Positions 1 to 10,622 of a stretch of 64,000 bases of DNA are shown here, one piece after another (positions within the stretch are counted from its first letter, which is position 1; each line of letters opens with the position of its first letter). The DNA is from Ascoidea asiatica JCM 7603 (Eukaryota; Fungi; Ascomycota), in contig BCKQ01000021.1 of the NCBI GenBank assembly GCA_001600695.1, positions 38,031 to 102,030 on the forward strand, in the 5' to 3' direction. The notes beneath the pieces were generated by a model, which was not told where the DNA came from, made no database searches, and saw only the letters and a list, made by a program, of their open reading frames with translations. Made by a program: the position numbers and the translations under genes.

Positions 1-475
1 AAAGAAAAAGAAAAAGTTGAAGTTAGATCAGATAATAAATCTGAAGGATTCAAAGGATTATTTACCATTGTAAGTATTTTATTATTAATAAATTTCGAAC
101 ACAATCATTCTATGAATAATATAAATAAATGAATGATAATCTAAAAGAAATAAGAAATAATTTATAAGAAATAATAAACCTTTGTGATGAAGACTGATAG
201 ATCCAAACAAATGATTGATATATTTCAAACAAGGACTGTATTAAATATTAAATATTTATTATTTATTATTTATTATTTATTATTTATTCATTATCTATTA
301 TCAATTATCTAGTATCTATTATTTATTATCATTTATTTATCATTTGGTACTTATTGAGTAGAGAACGAGTGGAATAAATGGCAAAGGTTCCCCTGTTTAT
401 TGATTGATTATCGAGAGCGAAGCAGTACTGGAGTAGCAGTGCTTAGTTAACAGTCAGTTACCGGAGAGTCTAGCT

Positions 476-547
476 GCTGGGAGTGCTGGGAGTGCTGAGA
501 GTTAAGCACTGAGAGTTAAGCACTGAGTGTTAAGCGCTGGGAGTACT
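476..547. repeat. Short GC-rich tandem repeat array upstream of ALD copy 1
   Basis: GCTGGGAGT x2 (476-493), then 14-bp unit GAGAGTTAAGCACT x2 (497-524) plus variant GAGTGTTAAGCGCT (525-538), then GGGAGTACT. Confidence 0.85.
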
Positions 548-1282
548 GGCCGCTTGTAACGGTATGAGAAACAGTTCCGGTGAAAGAAAGAGACACCGCG
601 CCACGGAGACTGCTGGTTCCACAGGCGGATACAGCACACCCAGCACTTCCACGGCACAAGCAATACTAGCCACTTGTTTTGATTACATAACAGCATGTGA
701 TACATCCGATATATTTCTCTTTTATGCTTTTTCTCCTTTTTCTAGCCAAACAATCTCGATAATCAATTTCGATAATCTCAGATCAATACAATTGCACTAT
801 CAAGAAATTATCCCATCTTCCAAAAACGGGGGCCCACTATATACTGCCAAAAATGCGTGGTCCGGGACCATAGTAATAAGCTAAATCATATGACATATAA
901 AGGTAGTCCCGTTTTTAAGGGTTTAAAAGTGTTTAAAAAAATTATTTGGATTAATTTGAGGTTTTTGTTCCTGTTTTAGAAACAACGTTTACTATGTAAA
1001 AAAGAAGATTTTGAGGTGGTATTTAGCGTTTCTGGCAGTATATAGCGGTTCACCAAAAACGGAAGTAAACGCTTTCTCTGTAAACTTATTCATCTTCAAT
1101 AGAGTAACTGAAATAAATATTAATAATCACTTATATTCAGTAATTTTACTCAATGACTTCCCTAAATTGACGTTTTAGTTAATTTTATTCAAATATAATT
1201 GAAAATTATACTCAAATTATGAAATTATATATATATTAATCAATATGTAACTTTTGTTAATTATTAATTCCATTCTATAATA

Positions 1283-2811
1283 AATTCACAATAGTTAATA
1301 ATCAAAATGGTCGAATTACCTGAATATTATGAAGTTGAATTACCTAATGGTTTAAAATATAAACAACCAACTGGTTTATACATAAATAATAAATTCATAC
1401 CCTCAATTGATAAAGAAATTATTCAGCCAATTAATCCATCAGATGGTAAACCATTATCAAAAGTATATTGCGCCAAATCAAATGATGTTGATTATGCCGT
1501 CGATATTGCCCTTGATGCATTTAAAAAAGTTTGGAAAAAAACTCCAGGTACAGAAAGAGGTAAAATTTTATTCAAATTATCTGAATTATGTGAAGAAAAT
1601 TTTGATTTATTAGCTTCAATTGAATCTCAAACTTCTGGTAAACCATTTGAACAAAATTCAAAAGGTGATATTTCTGAAGTTATTAATGTATTTAAATATT
1701 ATGCAGGTTGGGCAGATAAAATTCATGGTAAGACAATTCCAATTGATGATAATAAATTTGCATATACTGTTCATGAACCATATGGAGTTTGTGGACAAAT
1801 TATACCATGGAATTATCCATTAGCAATGATGGCATGGAAACTAGCTCCTGCTTTAGCTGCTGGAAATACTGTAGTTTTAAAAACTGCTGAACAAACTCCA
1901 TTATCTGCTTTATTTTTTTGTACCTTAATTGAAAAAGCTGGATTTCCTCCTGGAGTTTTGAATATAATTTCAGGATATGGTAAAGATGCTGGTAATGCAT
2001 TAGCTTCTCATTTGAAAGTTTCAAAGATTGCATTTACTGGTTCAACTAATGTTGGAAAATTAATTCAACAAGCAGCTTCTAATAATTTAAAAGCTGTAAC
2101 TTTAGAAACTGGTGGTAAGTCTCCATTAATTATATTTGAAGATGCAGATTTAGAAAAAGCTATAAAATGGGCTGCTTTTGGAATATTTTTTAATTCTGGT
2201 CAAATTTGTACATCAAATTCAAGAATTTTAATTCATAAAAATGTTTATGATAAATTTTTGAAATTATTAAGCGATTATATAAATAAAGAATATAAACAGG
2301 GTAAGCCATTTGATTCTGATGATATTATGGTCGGTCCTCAAGTTTCCAAATCACAACAAAATAGAATCTTAGATTATATTGAAATTGGTAAGAAGGAAGG
2401 TGCAAAAATATACACTGGAGGTTTTAAAATTACAAATGATGAAAATCTAAAAGATGGTTTTTTCATTAAACCAACTATTTTCTATGATGTTAAATCAGAT
2501 ATGAGAATATTTCAAGAAGAAATATTTGGACCAGTAGTTGTTTGCTCAACATTTGATACTGATGAAGAAGCAATAGAATTAGCTAATTGTACCGAATATG
2601 GATTAGGTGCAGCATTATTCACCAAAGATATAACCAGAGCCCATAGAGTCTCTAGAGAATTAGAAGCAGGAATGGTTTGGATTAATTCAAGTAATGATAG
2701 TGACTTCAGAGTACCTTTTGGTGGGGTTAAAAGTAGTGGAATTGGTAGAGAATTAGGAGAATATGGTTTAACTAATTATACTCAAGCAAAAGCTTATCAT
2801 GTCAACTTAGG
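1283..2811 (+). repeat. Left arm of ~1529-bp inverted repeat (24 nt of 5' leader plus nearly all of the ALD ORF)
   Basis: Mirrors 8439-9967 (paired coordinates sum to 11250). The proteins are identical except N/D at residue 504, and the three spurious off-frame ORFs are also identical in both copies. Boundaries checked by eye. Confidence 0.95.
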
Positions 2812-2824
2812 TTGGAATCTATAA
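1307..2824 (+). CDS. ALD2: Cytosolic NAD-dependent aldehyde dehydrogenase, ALD2/ALD3-like (copy 1)
   Basis: ALDH motifs PWNYPLAM, FTGSTNVG, LETGGKSP (catalytic Glu), FNSGQICTSNSR (catalytic Cys), EEIFGP, PFGGVKSSGIGRE. WINSSND and WNYPLAM resemble Ald2/Ald3. No presequence. Confidence 0.9.
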   Translation: MVELPEYYEVELPNGLKYKQPTGLYINNKFIPSIDKEIIQPINPSDGKPLSKVYCAKSNDVDYAVDIALDAFKKVWKKTPGTERGKILFKLSELCEENFDLLASIESQTSGKPFEQNSKGDISEVINVFKYYAGWADKIHGKTIPIDDNKFAYTVHEPYGVCGQIIPWNYPLAMMAWKLAPALAAGNTVVLKTAEQTPLSALFFCTLIEKAGFPPGVLNIISGYGKDAGNALASHLKVSKIAFTGSTNVGKLIQQAASNNLKAVTLETGGKSPLIIFEDADLEKAIKWAAFGIFFNSGQICTSNSRILIHKNVYDKFLKLLSDYINKEYKQGKPFDSDDIMVGPQVSKSQQNRILDYIEIGKKEGAKIYTGGFKITNDENLKDGFFIKPTIFYDVKSDMRIFQEEIFGPVVVCSTFDTDEEAIELANCTEYGLGAALFTKDITRAHRVSRELEAGMVWINSSNDSDFRVPFGGVKSSGIGRELGEYGLTNYTQAKAYHVNLGWNL

Positions 2825-3397
2825 TTATAACTAATCATATCAAATATCAAATAGTAGATAAATTATAAAAATATAATAAAATAATTAAATTTTTTGATAG
2901 AACTTCTCTTTGTAAATTAAATTATCAAGAAAAATAAACTGTCGCCAGAATTGGGGTTCTTGTGTTGTAGTTTGCTTGTTTTCGCTTTCTGGAACAAAGC
3001 ATAAAAAAAACAAGGCCAAAATAAAGCAGAGATTGAAAGTGAATAAAGAAAATAAAGAATAAAGAAGAACTCGAAAAGAAAAGACTAAAGAAAACACGAA
3101 GAGTATTAAAACAAAGAAGATAAATGATTGATTTTTACTAGAACTTGATTCAATTAGCTTGGAAGAGCAAACAAGTCATTTTGAAATTAAGATATCAATA
3201 GAAAGTTATCCACTTTGTAAAATTAAAATCTATAATTAAAGAAGATATAAAATAACAGTTACTCCTTGATGAATTAAAAGATTATCTCTTTAACATAAAA
3301 TTAACTTAAAATTAACTTAAAATTCAAGATTAAAAAAATAACTTAACTACTAAAGTTCTAGATAAATAATAATAAACAAAATATATTTCAAATAAAC

Positions 3398-4099
3398 ATG
3401 GGAAAAGCTTTAATTATAATTGACGTTCAAGAGGATTTCTTACCTCCAAATGGTTCATTAGCTGTCAAAGATGGAAGAAAAATAATTCCAACAATAAATA
3501 AATTGATTAATAATAAGGAATATAGTTGGGATTTGATTGTTGCAACAAAAGATTGGCATCCAAAAGATCATTGCTCTTTTGCTTCAAATAATGGAGTTAA
3601 ACCATATGAAACTATTGAATTTCATAAACCAAAAACTAATGAAAATGATAAAAATTATATTGAAGAAATTAAAAAACAAATTGTTTGGCCAGATCATTGT
3701 ATTCAAAATGAATTTGGTTCTGAGTTTGGTATTGAGTTTAAAAAAGAATTTGAAAAGTTAATTAATTCAAATTCAGATATTAATAAAGTTAAAATTGTTA
3801 AAAAAGGCTATCTTAAAGATAGAGAATATTATTCATGTTTTAAAGATGTTTGGGGTTTACATCATACTGAATTAACAGATTTACTAAAAATTGACAAAAT
3901 TGATGAAGTTTATTTTGTTGGTATTGCTTATGATTTTTGTGTTTTATATTCTGCAATTGATTGTTCAAAATTAAATTTTATTAAAAATACTTATGTTTTA
4001 AGAGATGTTTGTAAAAGTGTTTATCCTGATAAGATAAATGAAACTGATTCAATTTATAATAAAAATAATGTAAAAATTATTTCTTTTGCAGTTCATTGA
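3398..4099 (+). CDS. PNC1: Nicotinamidase
   Basis: Isochorismatase fold: IIIDVQEDF, DWHPKDHCSF, WPDHC, KKG...REYYSCF, GIAYDFCV (Asp-Lys-Cys triad). Confidence 0.95.
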   Translation: MGKALIIIDVQEDFLPPNGSLAVKDGRKIIPTINKLINNKEYSWDLIVATKDWHPKDHCSFASNNGVKPYETIEFHKPKTNENDKNYIEEIKKQIVWPDHCIQNEFGSEFGIEFKKEFEKLINSNSDINKVKIVKKGYLKDREYYSCFKDVWGLHHTELTDLLKIDKIDEVYFVGIAYDFCVLYSAIDCSKLNFIKNTYVLRDVCKSVYPDKINETDSIYNKNNVKIISFAVH

Positions 4100-4304
4100 A
4101 TGTTTAAACCCTGAAAGTCATCTTTTGTTTTTTTTTGTTTTTCTTCTTTGAATAATATATTCTGTCTCTTTTTTAAGGTAAAAAATAAATCTACTTTTTT
4201 TTTATTTTATAAATAATCAACAATATTTATAACTGTCTCGTTTATATGTATGCAAAATATGTTTTTGTCATTATCATCCTTTTAGAAAATATATTATATA
4301 CAGT

Positions 4305-5710
4305 TTAACCACATGCAACTTCTTTATCTATTGAATTTTCATTTATTTGAAATTCCTTAATTAACTCATCATATAAAGCTATATCTTCTAATTTAACATC
4401 ATTTAAAAATTCAAAAATTTGTCCTCTTGAATAATAATTAGCTTTAGAATTACTATAATGCCAATTTTGTTCATTTATTTCATTATTACTACTAGTAATA
4501 GTATTAGTAGTAGTTGCATTGATATTGTCATCAAAATTGATTAAATTTTTAATTGTATTTAAATTAATTAAAACAAACTTTATTCCACTATCTGGACATT
4601 CAAAATTTATATTTAATAAAATTTTTTCCATTATACCTCTTAAACCTCTTGCACCAGTACCTTGTTTAATTGCAATTTTTGTAATTAATTCCAAAGATGG
4701 TTTTGTAAAAGATAATTTAACATTAAATTGTTTAAAAATATATTCATATTGTTTAATTAAACAATTTTTTGGTTCAATTAAAATTCTCAATAACTCAGAT
4801 TCTTTTAAAGATTTTAAACTTGTAATTATTGGAACTCTACCAATTAATTCTGGAATCATACCATACGAAGTTAAATCCTGTGGTGTAACTAATTCTAAAG
4901 TTGAAACAACTTTACCATTACTTAATTTGATTTCTTCAATTTTATTGATTTTATTTGCAGTTTCTAAATTTTCATTTATAATTTCCGATTCAATTTTATT
5001 TTTGTCATTATTATCATTATTTTTCTTTAAATTATTTTCATTATTATCATTGATTAAAAGATCAGCTTCAAATCCAATTGAAGATCTTGATAATCTATTA
5101 CTTATATATTTATCTAAACCAGTGAAAGCACCCATTAATATAAATAAAATATTACTTGTATCAATCATAAAAGTTTCAGATTTCTTTTGAGAAGCTAAAG
5201 GATTATTGCCAATAAAATTCAGTTTTTCTTTTTTATTTAAAGGTCTTTTAACATTAATTGTGATTGTAGTACCTTCAATTAATTTTAATAAAGCTTGTTG
5301 AACACCTTCACCACTTACATCTTTTGTACCAGTTAAAATACTTGGTTTTGCTAATTTATCAATTTCATCTAAGACTATAATACCTTTTTGACAATTGAGT
5401 AAATTATAATTTGAATCAATTAATAGTCTTTCTATACATAATTCAACATCTTCACCAATATAACCAGCTTGAGTTAATTGAGTACAATCAGTTATTGAAA
5501 ATGGTACATTTAAAATTTTTGATAAAGTTTTTGCTAATAAAGTTTTTCCAGTACCTGTTGGACCTAAAATTAAAATATTTGATTTATCAATTTCTGGTAT
5601 AAGATTCTCATCAATTTCTTTTGATAATTGATCAAATTCCTTGAAACTTGTTCTTAAATTATCATCATTATCCTCATTATTTAGATGTTGATTTTGATCA
5701 TCATTTTCAC

Positions 5711-5765
<55 letters not shown>

Positions 5766-6608
5766 GATTTTGTTATCATTTTGGTTTAAATTTAATCTTA
5801 GTCTTGTATAATGATTATAAACAGCTACAGACATTACCTTTTTAGCAAAATCTTGACCAATAATGAATTTATCTAAATAATTTTTTAATTCTCTTGGATT
5901 TGGAGTTTTTTTCTGCTTAATAATTGTATTTAAAATGTTATCGTCCTTTTTATCTGTTTTAAGATTATTATTATTTGATGTGATTGTAGAATCATGGTTA
6001 ATATTCAATTCATCTTTAATATGCTTTTTATTTATTGATTGATTAAAATTAGAGTTTTGATTATGATTTTGGGAATGATTGTGATTAGAATACTTACTAT
6101 TGTTATTATTGTTATTACCATTGAGATTATAAAACTTTTTATTCTCTCTTATTGGTTTTGGAGTAAATTTATTTGAATCAAATTTACTATCATCACTGTT
6201 ATTATTATTATGAGTGTTATTATTATTACCTACAAATTCAATAAAACCATTTTTGGCGCTAAAAGTGTTTTCTATATCATTATCATCTATGTCAATATTT
6301 GATTCATTATTTGAATTTAAATCTTTATCTAATTGCTTATTAGTATTGAAAATTTTATCTTCTTCATTATCAATATCATTTTTATCATTAGGATTCTTAT
6401 TATTAATATCATTATCTTTATTATTAAATAAATTATCATTATCATTATCACTACTTGTAGAATATGAATTGACAAAAGTCAAATGTTTTGAAGTATTCCA
6501 ATGATTCAAATGATAAAATGTATTTAAAGTTTTTAATCTATTGAAATTGCTTGATTTGATTCTATAAGTTGTTGAATATATTAAGCATTTTGATTTAAAG
6601 GATATCAT
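4305..6608 (-). CDS. MCX1: Mitochondrial ClpX AAA+ chaperone
   Basis: [18 protein letters not shown] (Walker A), IIVLDEIDKL (Walker B), KDVSGEGVQQALLK, PELIGRVP, GTGARGLR. Basic, hydroxylated N-terminus. First ATG at 6608 (the track start at 6629 is TTG). Confidence 0.93.
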
Positions 6609-7097
6609 TTGAGATACGAGATGATTCAAGGATAGAGAAAAGATAAGAAATGGGAACTATGAATTATTTATTTGCTTTAGTTAATGGGATAAGAAAAAAT
6701 GATTTGGATATTAATCAAAGATATATTATTGATTGATTAGATATGATTATCTGATTATTTACATATTGATTATATATTATTTATACTATCTACTACAACT
6801 ATCAATTATATCTATTATTTACTGGTTCTTTCTCAGATGCTTTGATTCGATGCAAAATCCTCGGAAAAGTGGTGGTGCACAGGCAGATAACACTAACAGC
6901 CACTGCGACTAGCCCTCTCCGCTATTTGCCTGTGTTTTTTGTCTGTTTCTTTTGACTGGCCTTTATTATAATGGTGATTGAAGAGAAATTTGAAAGTATT
7001 TGAAAGTATTTAGAAGAGTATTTGAAAGAGTGTTTGAACAAGTATTTGATGAAGAATTATGAGTATATTTCACTAAACAGGGAATATATTTGCATTG

Positions 7098-8069
7098 TTA
7101 CTGGAGAAATTCTTTAATCATCTCATAACTTAAGAAACTAACTGCCATTGAAGGAATAACTTTTAATAAATTCGCACTTAATCCATTATAATATCCAGTG
7201 AATCCTTCATTTTTACCAATTGAAATTAAAGCTTGTAAGATTGATTTATATTCATATCCACCACTTTGATATCTTCTTCTTAAAATATCAAAAGGATAAA
7301 TTAAACTTTGAGAAATACCACCAGATATAGCACCATTAATTAATTTGAATCCTGAATTTGAAATATCAAAATTTCTTTTTTTTTCTTCTTCTTTTAATCC
7401 TTCATAAATTGTAAAATTTAATCCAACATATGGTGCAACTCCAATTGTTGTTGGAATCACTCCTTTATATAATGCTAAAATTCCACCTTCTTTTTTAATA
7501 ATATCTCTAAAAATTTTAAAAAATCCATCTGGTTTATTATCTTTTATTATGATGTTTTCAATGTTATTATTATTATTATTAAGATATTTCTTAGATATAT
7601 TTTGTTTATAATTTAATCTTTCTGCAGTTTGTATAGATAATCTAGTTCTAATTAAATCTAAAGGATATGTTGCATAAACACTACACGCACCAGCTAAGGA
7701 TCCTGCAATTAATCTATCTCTATTATTACTACTTTTACTATTTTTAATATTATCTTGATCAAATAAATGATAATAAACAGAAAATTGAACAGCTTGATAT
7801 GGAAAAATTCTAATACAATTTAATAAATTACCTCTAAATAATCCGATAATACCTTCTTCTTTATAAATATTAAAAATTGTATTGAAAATTCCTTTATATT
7901 TTTGTTTTGAATTTATATCCTGAATTTGAAAAATTATTTTAACTCTTTCAAATGGTGAAACAACAGTTCTAGAAATTGAACCTGCCAAACCACCTGCTAA
8001 AAATGATGAAATAAAATCATGTCTTAGCAATTCTCTTATTTCCTTTATACCATTTACTATTTCTGTCAT
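7098..8069 (-). CDS. MRX21: Mitochondrial carrier, YPR011C/MRX21-like (APS/PAPS or CoA-type carrier subfamily)
   Basis: Three PX[DE]XX[KR]X[KR] signatures (PFERVK, PLDLIRTR, PFDILRRR). FLAGGLAGSISRTVVSPFERVKI and GLFRGNLLNCIRIFPY match YPR011C as I recall it. ATG at 8069 (8075 is TTG). Confidence 0.85.
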   Translation of the reverse strand: MTEIVNGIKEIRELLRHDFISSFLAGGLAGSISRTVVSPFERVKIIFQIQDINSKQKYKGIFNTIFNIYKEEGIIGLFRGNLLNCIRIFPYQAVQFSVYYHLFDQDNIKNSKSSNNRDRLIAGSLAGACSVYATYPLDLIRTRLSIQTAERLNYKQNISKKYLNNNNNNIENIIIKDNKPDGFFKIFRDIIKKEGGILALYKGVIPTTIGVAPYVGLNFTIYEGLKEEEKKRNFDISNSGFKLINGAISGGISQSLIYPFDILRRRYQSGGYEYKSILQALISIGKNEGFTGYYNGLSANLLKVIPSMAVSFLSYEMIKEFLQ

Positions 8070-8425
8070 ATTCAATACTATATCATTTAAATCTATAATA
8101 ACTAATTTTATATTGTTATATTATAATCATAATCATAATACCAAAAAAATATATTATCGTAGAGTAAAAAATCTCATTTTGAGCATGAAAATTTCCTGTT
8201 TTTCAATATATTTCTTAAAAAATATCCGTTAAACTTAAAACCAGTAAACAGTTTTACAAACGCTTATCAAAAATAAACTTCATTCTTTTACGAACTCAAT
8301 CATTTACTCAGATTCACTTTTTCATTGATTCGATAAACATTCATTAAATTATTAATATTATATATATAAAAAGACTATAATTTAGAATATAGTTAATAAG
8401 AAATAAAATATATTTAGTATATTTA

Positions 8426-9943
8426 TTATAAATCCCAGCCTAAGTTGACATGATAAGCTTTTGCTTGAGTATAATTAGTTAAACCATATTCTCCTAATTC
8501 TCTACCAATTCCACTACTTTTAACCCCACCAAAAGGTACTCTGAAGTCACTATCATTACTTGAATTAATCCAAACCATTCCTGCTTCTAATTCTCTAGAG
8601 ACTCTATGGGCTCTGGTTATATCTTTGGTGAATAATGCTGCACCTAATCCATATTCGGTACAATTAGCTAATTCTATTGCTTCTTCATCAGTATCAAATG
8701 TTGAGCAAACAACTACTGGTCCAAATATTTCTTCTTGAAATATTCTCATATCTGATTTAACATCATAGAAAATAGTTGGTTTAATGAAAAAACCATCTTT
8801 TAGATTTTCATCATTTGTAATTTTAAAACCTCCAGTGTATATTTTTGCACCTTCCTTCTTACCAATTTCAATATAATCTAAGATTCTATTTTGTTGTGAT
8901 TTGGAAACTTGAGGACCGACCATAATATCATCAGAATCAAATGGCTTACCCTGTTTATATTCTTTATTTATATAATCGCTTAATAATTTCAAAAATTTAT
9001 CATAAACATTTTTATGAATTAAAATTCTTGAATTTGATGTACAAATTTGACCAGAATTAAAAAATATTCCAAAAGCAGCCCATTTTATAGCTTTTTCTAA
9101 ATCTGCATCTTCAAATATAATTAATGGAGACTTACCACCAGTTTCTAAAGTTACAGCTTTTAAATTATTAGAAGCTGCTTGTTGAATTAATTTTCCAACA
9201 TTAGTTGAACCAGTAAATGCAATCTTTGAAACTTTCAAATGAGAAGCTAATGCATTACCAGCATCTTTACCATATCCTGAAATTATATTCAAAACTCCAG
9301 GAGGAAATCCAGCTTTTTCAATTAAGGTACAAAAAAATAAAGCAGATAATGGAGTTTGTTCAGCAGTTTTTAAAACTACAGTATTTCCAGCAGCTAAAGC
9401 AGGAGCTAGTTTCCATGCCATCATTGCTAATGGATAATTCCATGGTATAATTTGTCCACAAACTCCATATGGTTCATGAACAGTATATGCAAATTTATTA
9501 TCATCAATTGGAATTGTCTTACCATGAATTTTATCTGCCCAACCTGCATAATATTTAAATACATTAATAACTTCAGAAATATCACCTTTTGAATTTTGTT
9601 CAAATGGTTTACCAGAAGTTTGAGATTCAATTGAAGCTAATAAATCAAAATTTTCTTCACATAATTCAGATAATTTGAATAAAATTTTACCTCTTTCTGT
9701 ACCTGGAGTTTTTTTCCAAACTTTTTTAAATGCATCAAGGGCAATATCGACGGCATAATCAACATCATTTGATTTGGCGCAATATACTTTTGATAATGGT
9801 TTACCATCTGATGGATTAATTGGCTGAATAATTTCTTTATCAATTGAGGGTATGAATTTATTATTTATGTATAAACCAGTTGGTTGTTTATATTTTAAAC
9901 CATTAGGTAATTCAACTTCATAATATTCAGGTAATTCGACCAT
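8426..9943 (-). CDS. ALD2: Cytosolic aldehyde dehydrogenase, ALD2/ALD3-like (copy 2)
   Basis: Same 505-aa protein as 1307-2824, ending GWDL instead of GWNL. Confidence 0.9.
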   Translation of the reverse strand: MVELPEYYEVELPNGLKYKQPTGLYINNKFIPSIDKEIIQPINPSDGKPLSKVYCAKSNDVDYAVDIALDAFKKVWKKTPGTERGKILFKLSELCEENFDLLASIESQTSGKPFEQNSKGDISEVINVFKYYAGWADKIHGKTIPIDDNKFAYTVHEPYGVCGQIIPWNYPLAMMAWKLAPALAAGNTVVLKTAEQTPLSALFFCTLIEKAGFPPGVLNIISGYGKDAGNALASHLKVSKIAFTGSTNVGKLIQQAASNNLKAVTLETGGKSPLIIFEDADLEKAIKWAAFGIFFNSGQICTSNSRILIHKNVYDKFLKLLSDYINKEYKQGKPFDSDDIMVGPQVSKSQQNRILDYIEIGKKEGAKIYTGGFKITNDENLKDGFFIKPTIFYDVKSDMRIFQEEIFGPVVVCSTFDTDEEAIELANCTEYGLGAALFTKDITRAHRVSRELEAGMVWINSSNDSDFRVPFGGVKSSGIGRELGEYGLTNYTQAKAYHVNLGWDL

Positions 9944-9967
9944 TTTGATTATTAACTATTGTGAATT
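8439..9967 (-). repeat. Right arm of ~1529-bp inverted repeat
   Basis: Reverse complement of 1283-2811. First mismatches at 9968 (outer) and 8438, 8434, 8431 (inner). Confidence 0.95.
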
Positions 9968-10622
9968 AATTTTAAAATTTATTTATATATACCTGTTTTA
10001 CTTCTTCTTCTTCTTCTTATTCTTCACTTTTGTTTTTTTCTTCTTTTGAAATAAGGGGGTTGTCCCTGAATTTATATCATTATTGAAATAGTGAAGTCCC
10101 TGTTTACCTGTCTTCCTGTATATTTGACATTTTTGATTACGAATCCAATCCAATCCAATTCACTCCACTCAATCTCTTAACCTAATTATCATTGCTAACC
10201 TTTTTTTAAGCGCCTTTTTGATCTGATAAGAAAACGAGAACAGTGAAAGTCTTCACCTAAAAAAGTCAGTGCTGCTGCTCGGCAACCCCAGCTAATCACT
10301 GCCCGCGCGGCTAATGCCAAAGTAAATCTAAGCTCAAAGACAAAAAAAAGTGCTGGAGCTCAGTGGCAATTGATCGATCTATTTGAGTAAAAAAAGAATT
10401 TGAATTTGATATATTTAAAGTGTTTAAACTATGGAATAAAATCTATCTAAAAGGTAAAATATAGTCTAGTTGAGTGAATCACTCTGGAAATTAGTATTAT
10501 ATAGCATTGGATTTGAACTCATCACAGTCAAAAGAATGGGGGACTTGAAGTGTGAAGAAAGAATCAAAGAGTGAAAGAAAATGAAATAGGAATAGTAGAA
10601 GTAGGTAACATCAATTGATAAA

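Noticed and set aside
184-240. Possible C/D snoRNA (GTGATGA at 184)
   Set aside because: The only CTGA is 3 nt after the C box, with no properly placed D box or terminal stem.
476-547. CRISPR-like or telomeric reading of the short repeat arrays (also 63768-63822)
   Set aside because: Eukaryotic context, units only 9-14 bp, no unique spacers, too few and too degenerate for a telomeric tract.
502-884. ORFs 502-705 (-) and 564-884 (+)
   Set aside because: They lie in a GC-rich promoter island, where stops are rarer; no recognisable motifs and atypical codon usage.
1407-2033. Short off-frame and antisense ORFs inside ALD (and mirrors at 9217-9843)
   Set aside because: Shadow ORFs; useful only as evidence that the two copies are identical at DNA level.
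4519-5190. 223-aa ORF antisense to MCX1 and similar antisense ORFs in TRE, RPT4, ENP1 and FMP27
   Set aside because: Antisense shadows produced by codon bias, mostly with non-ATG starts and no motifs.
1283-9967. Composite transposon or mating-type locus interpretation of the inverted repeat
   Set aside because: The arms are ALD genes; no transposase, terminal repeats, target-site duplication or MAT homeodomain/HMG genes are visible.
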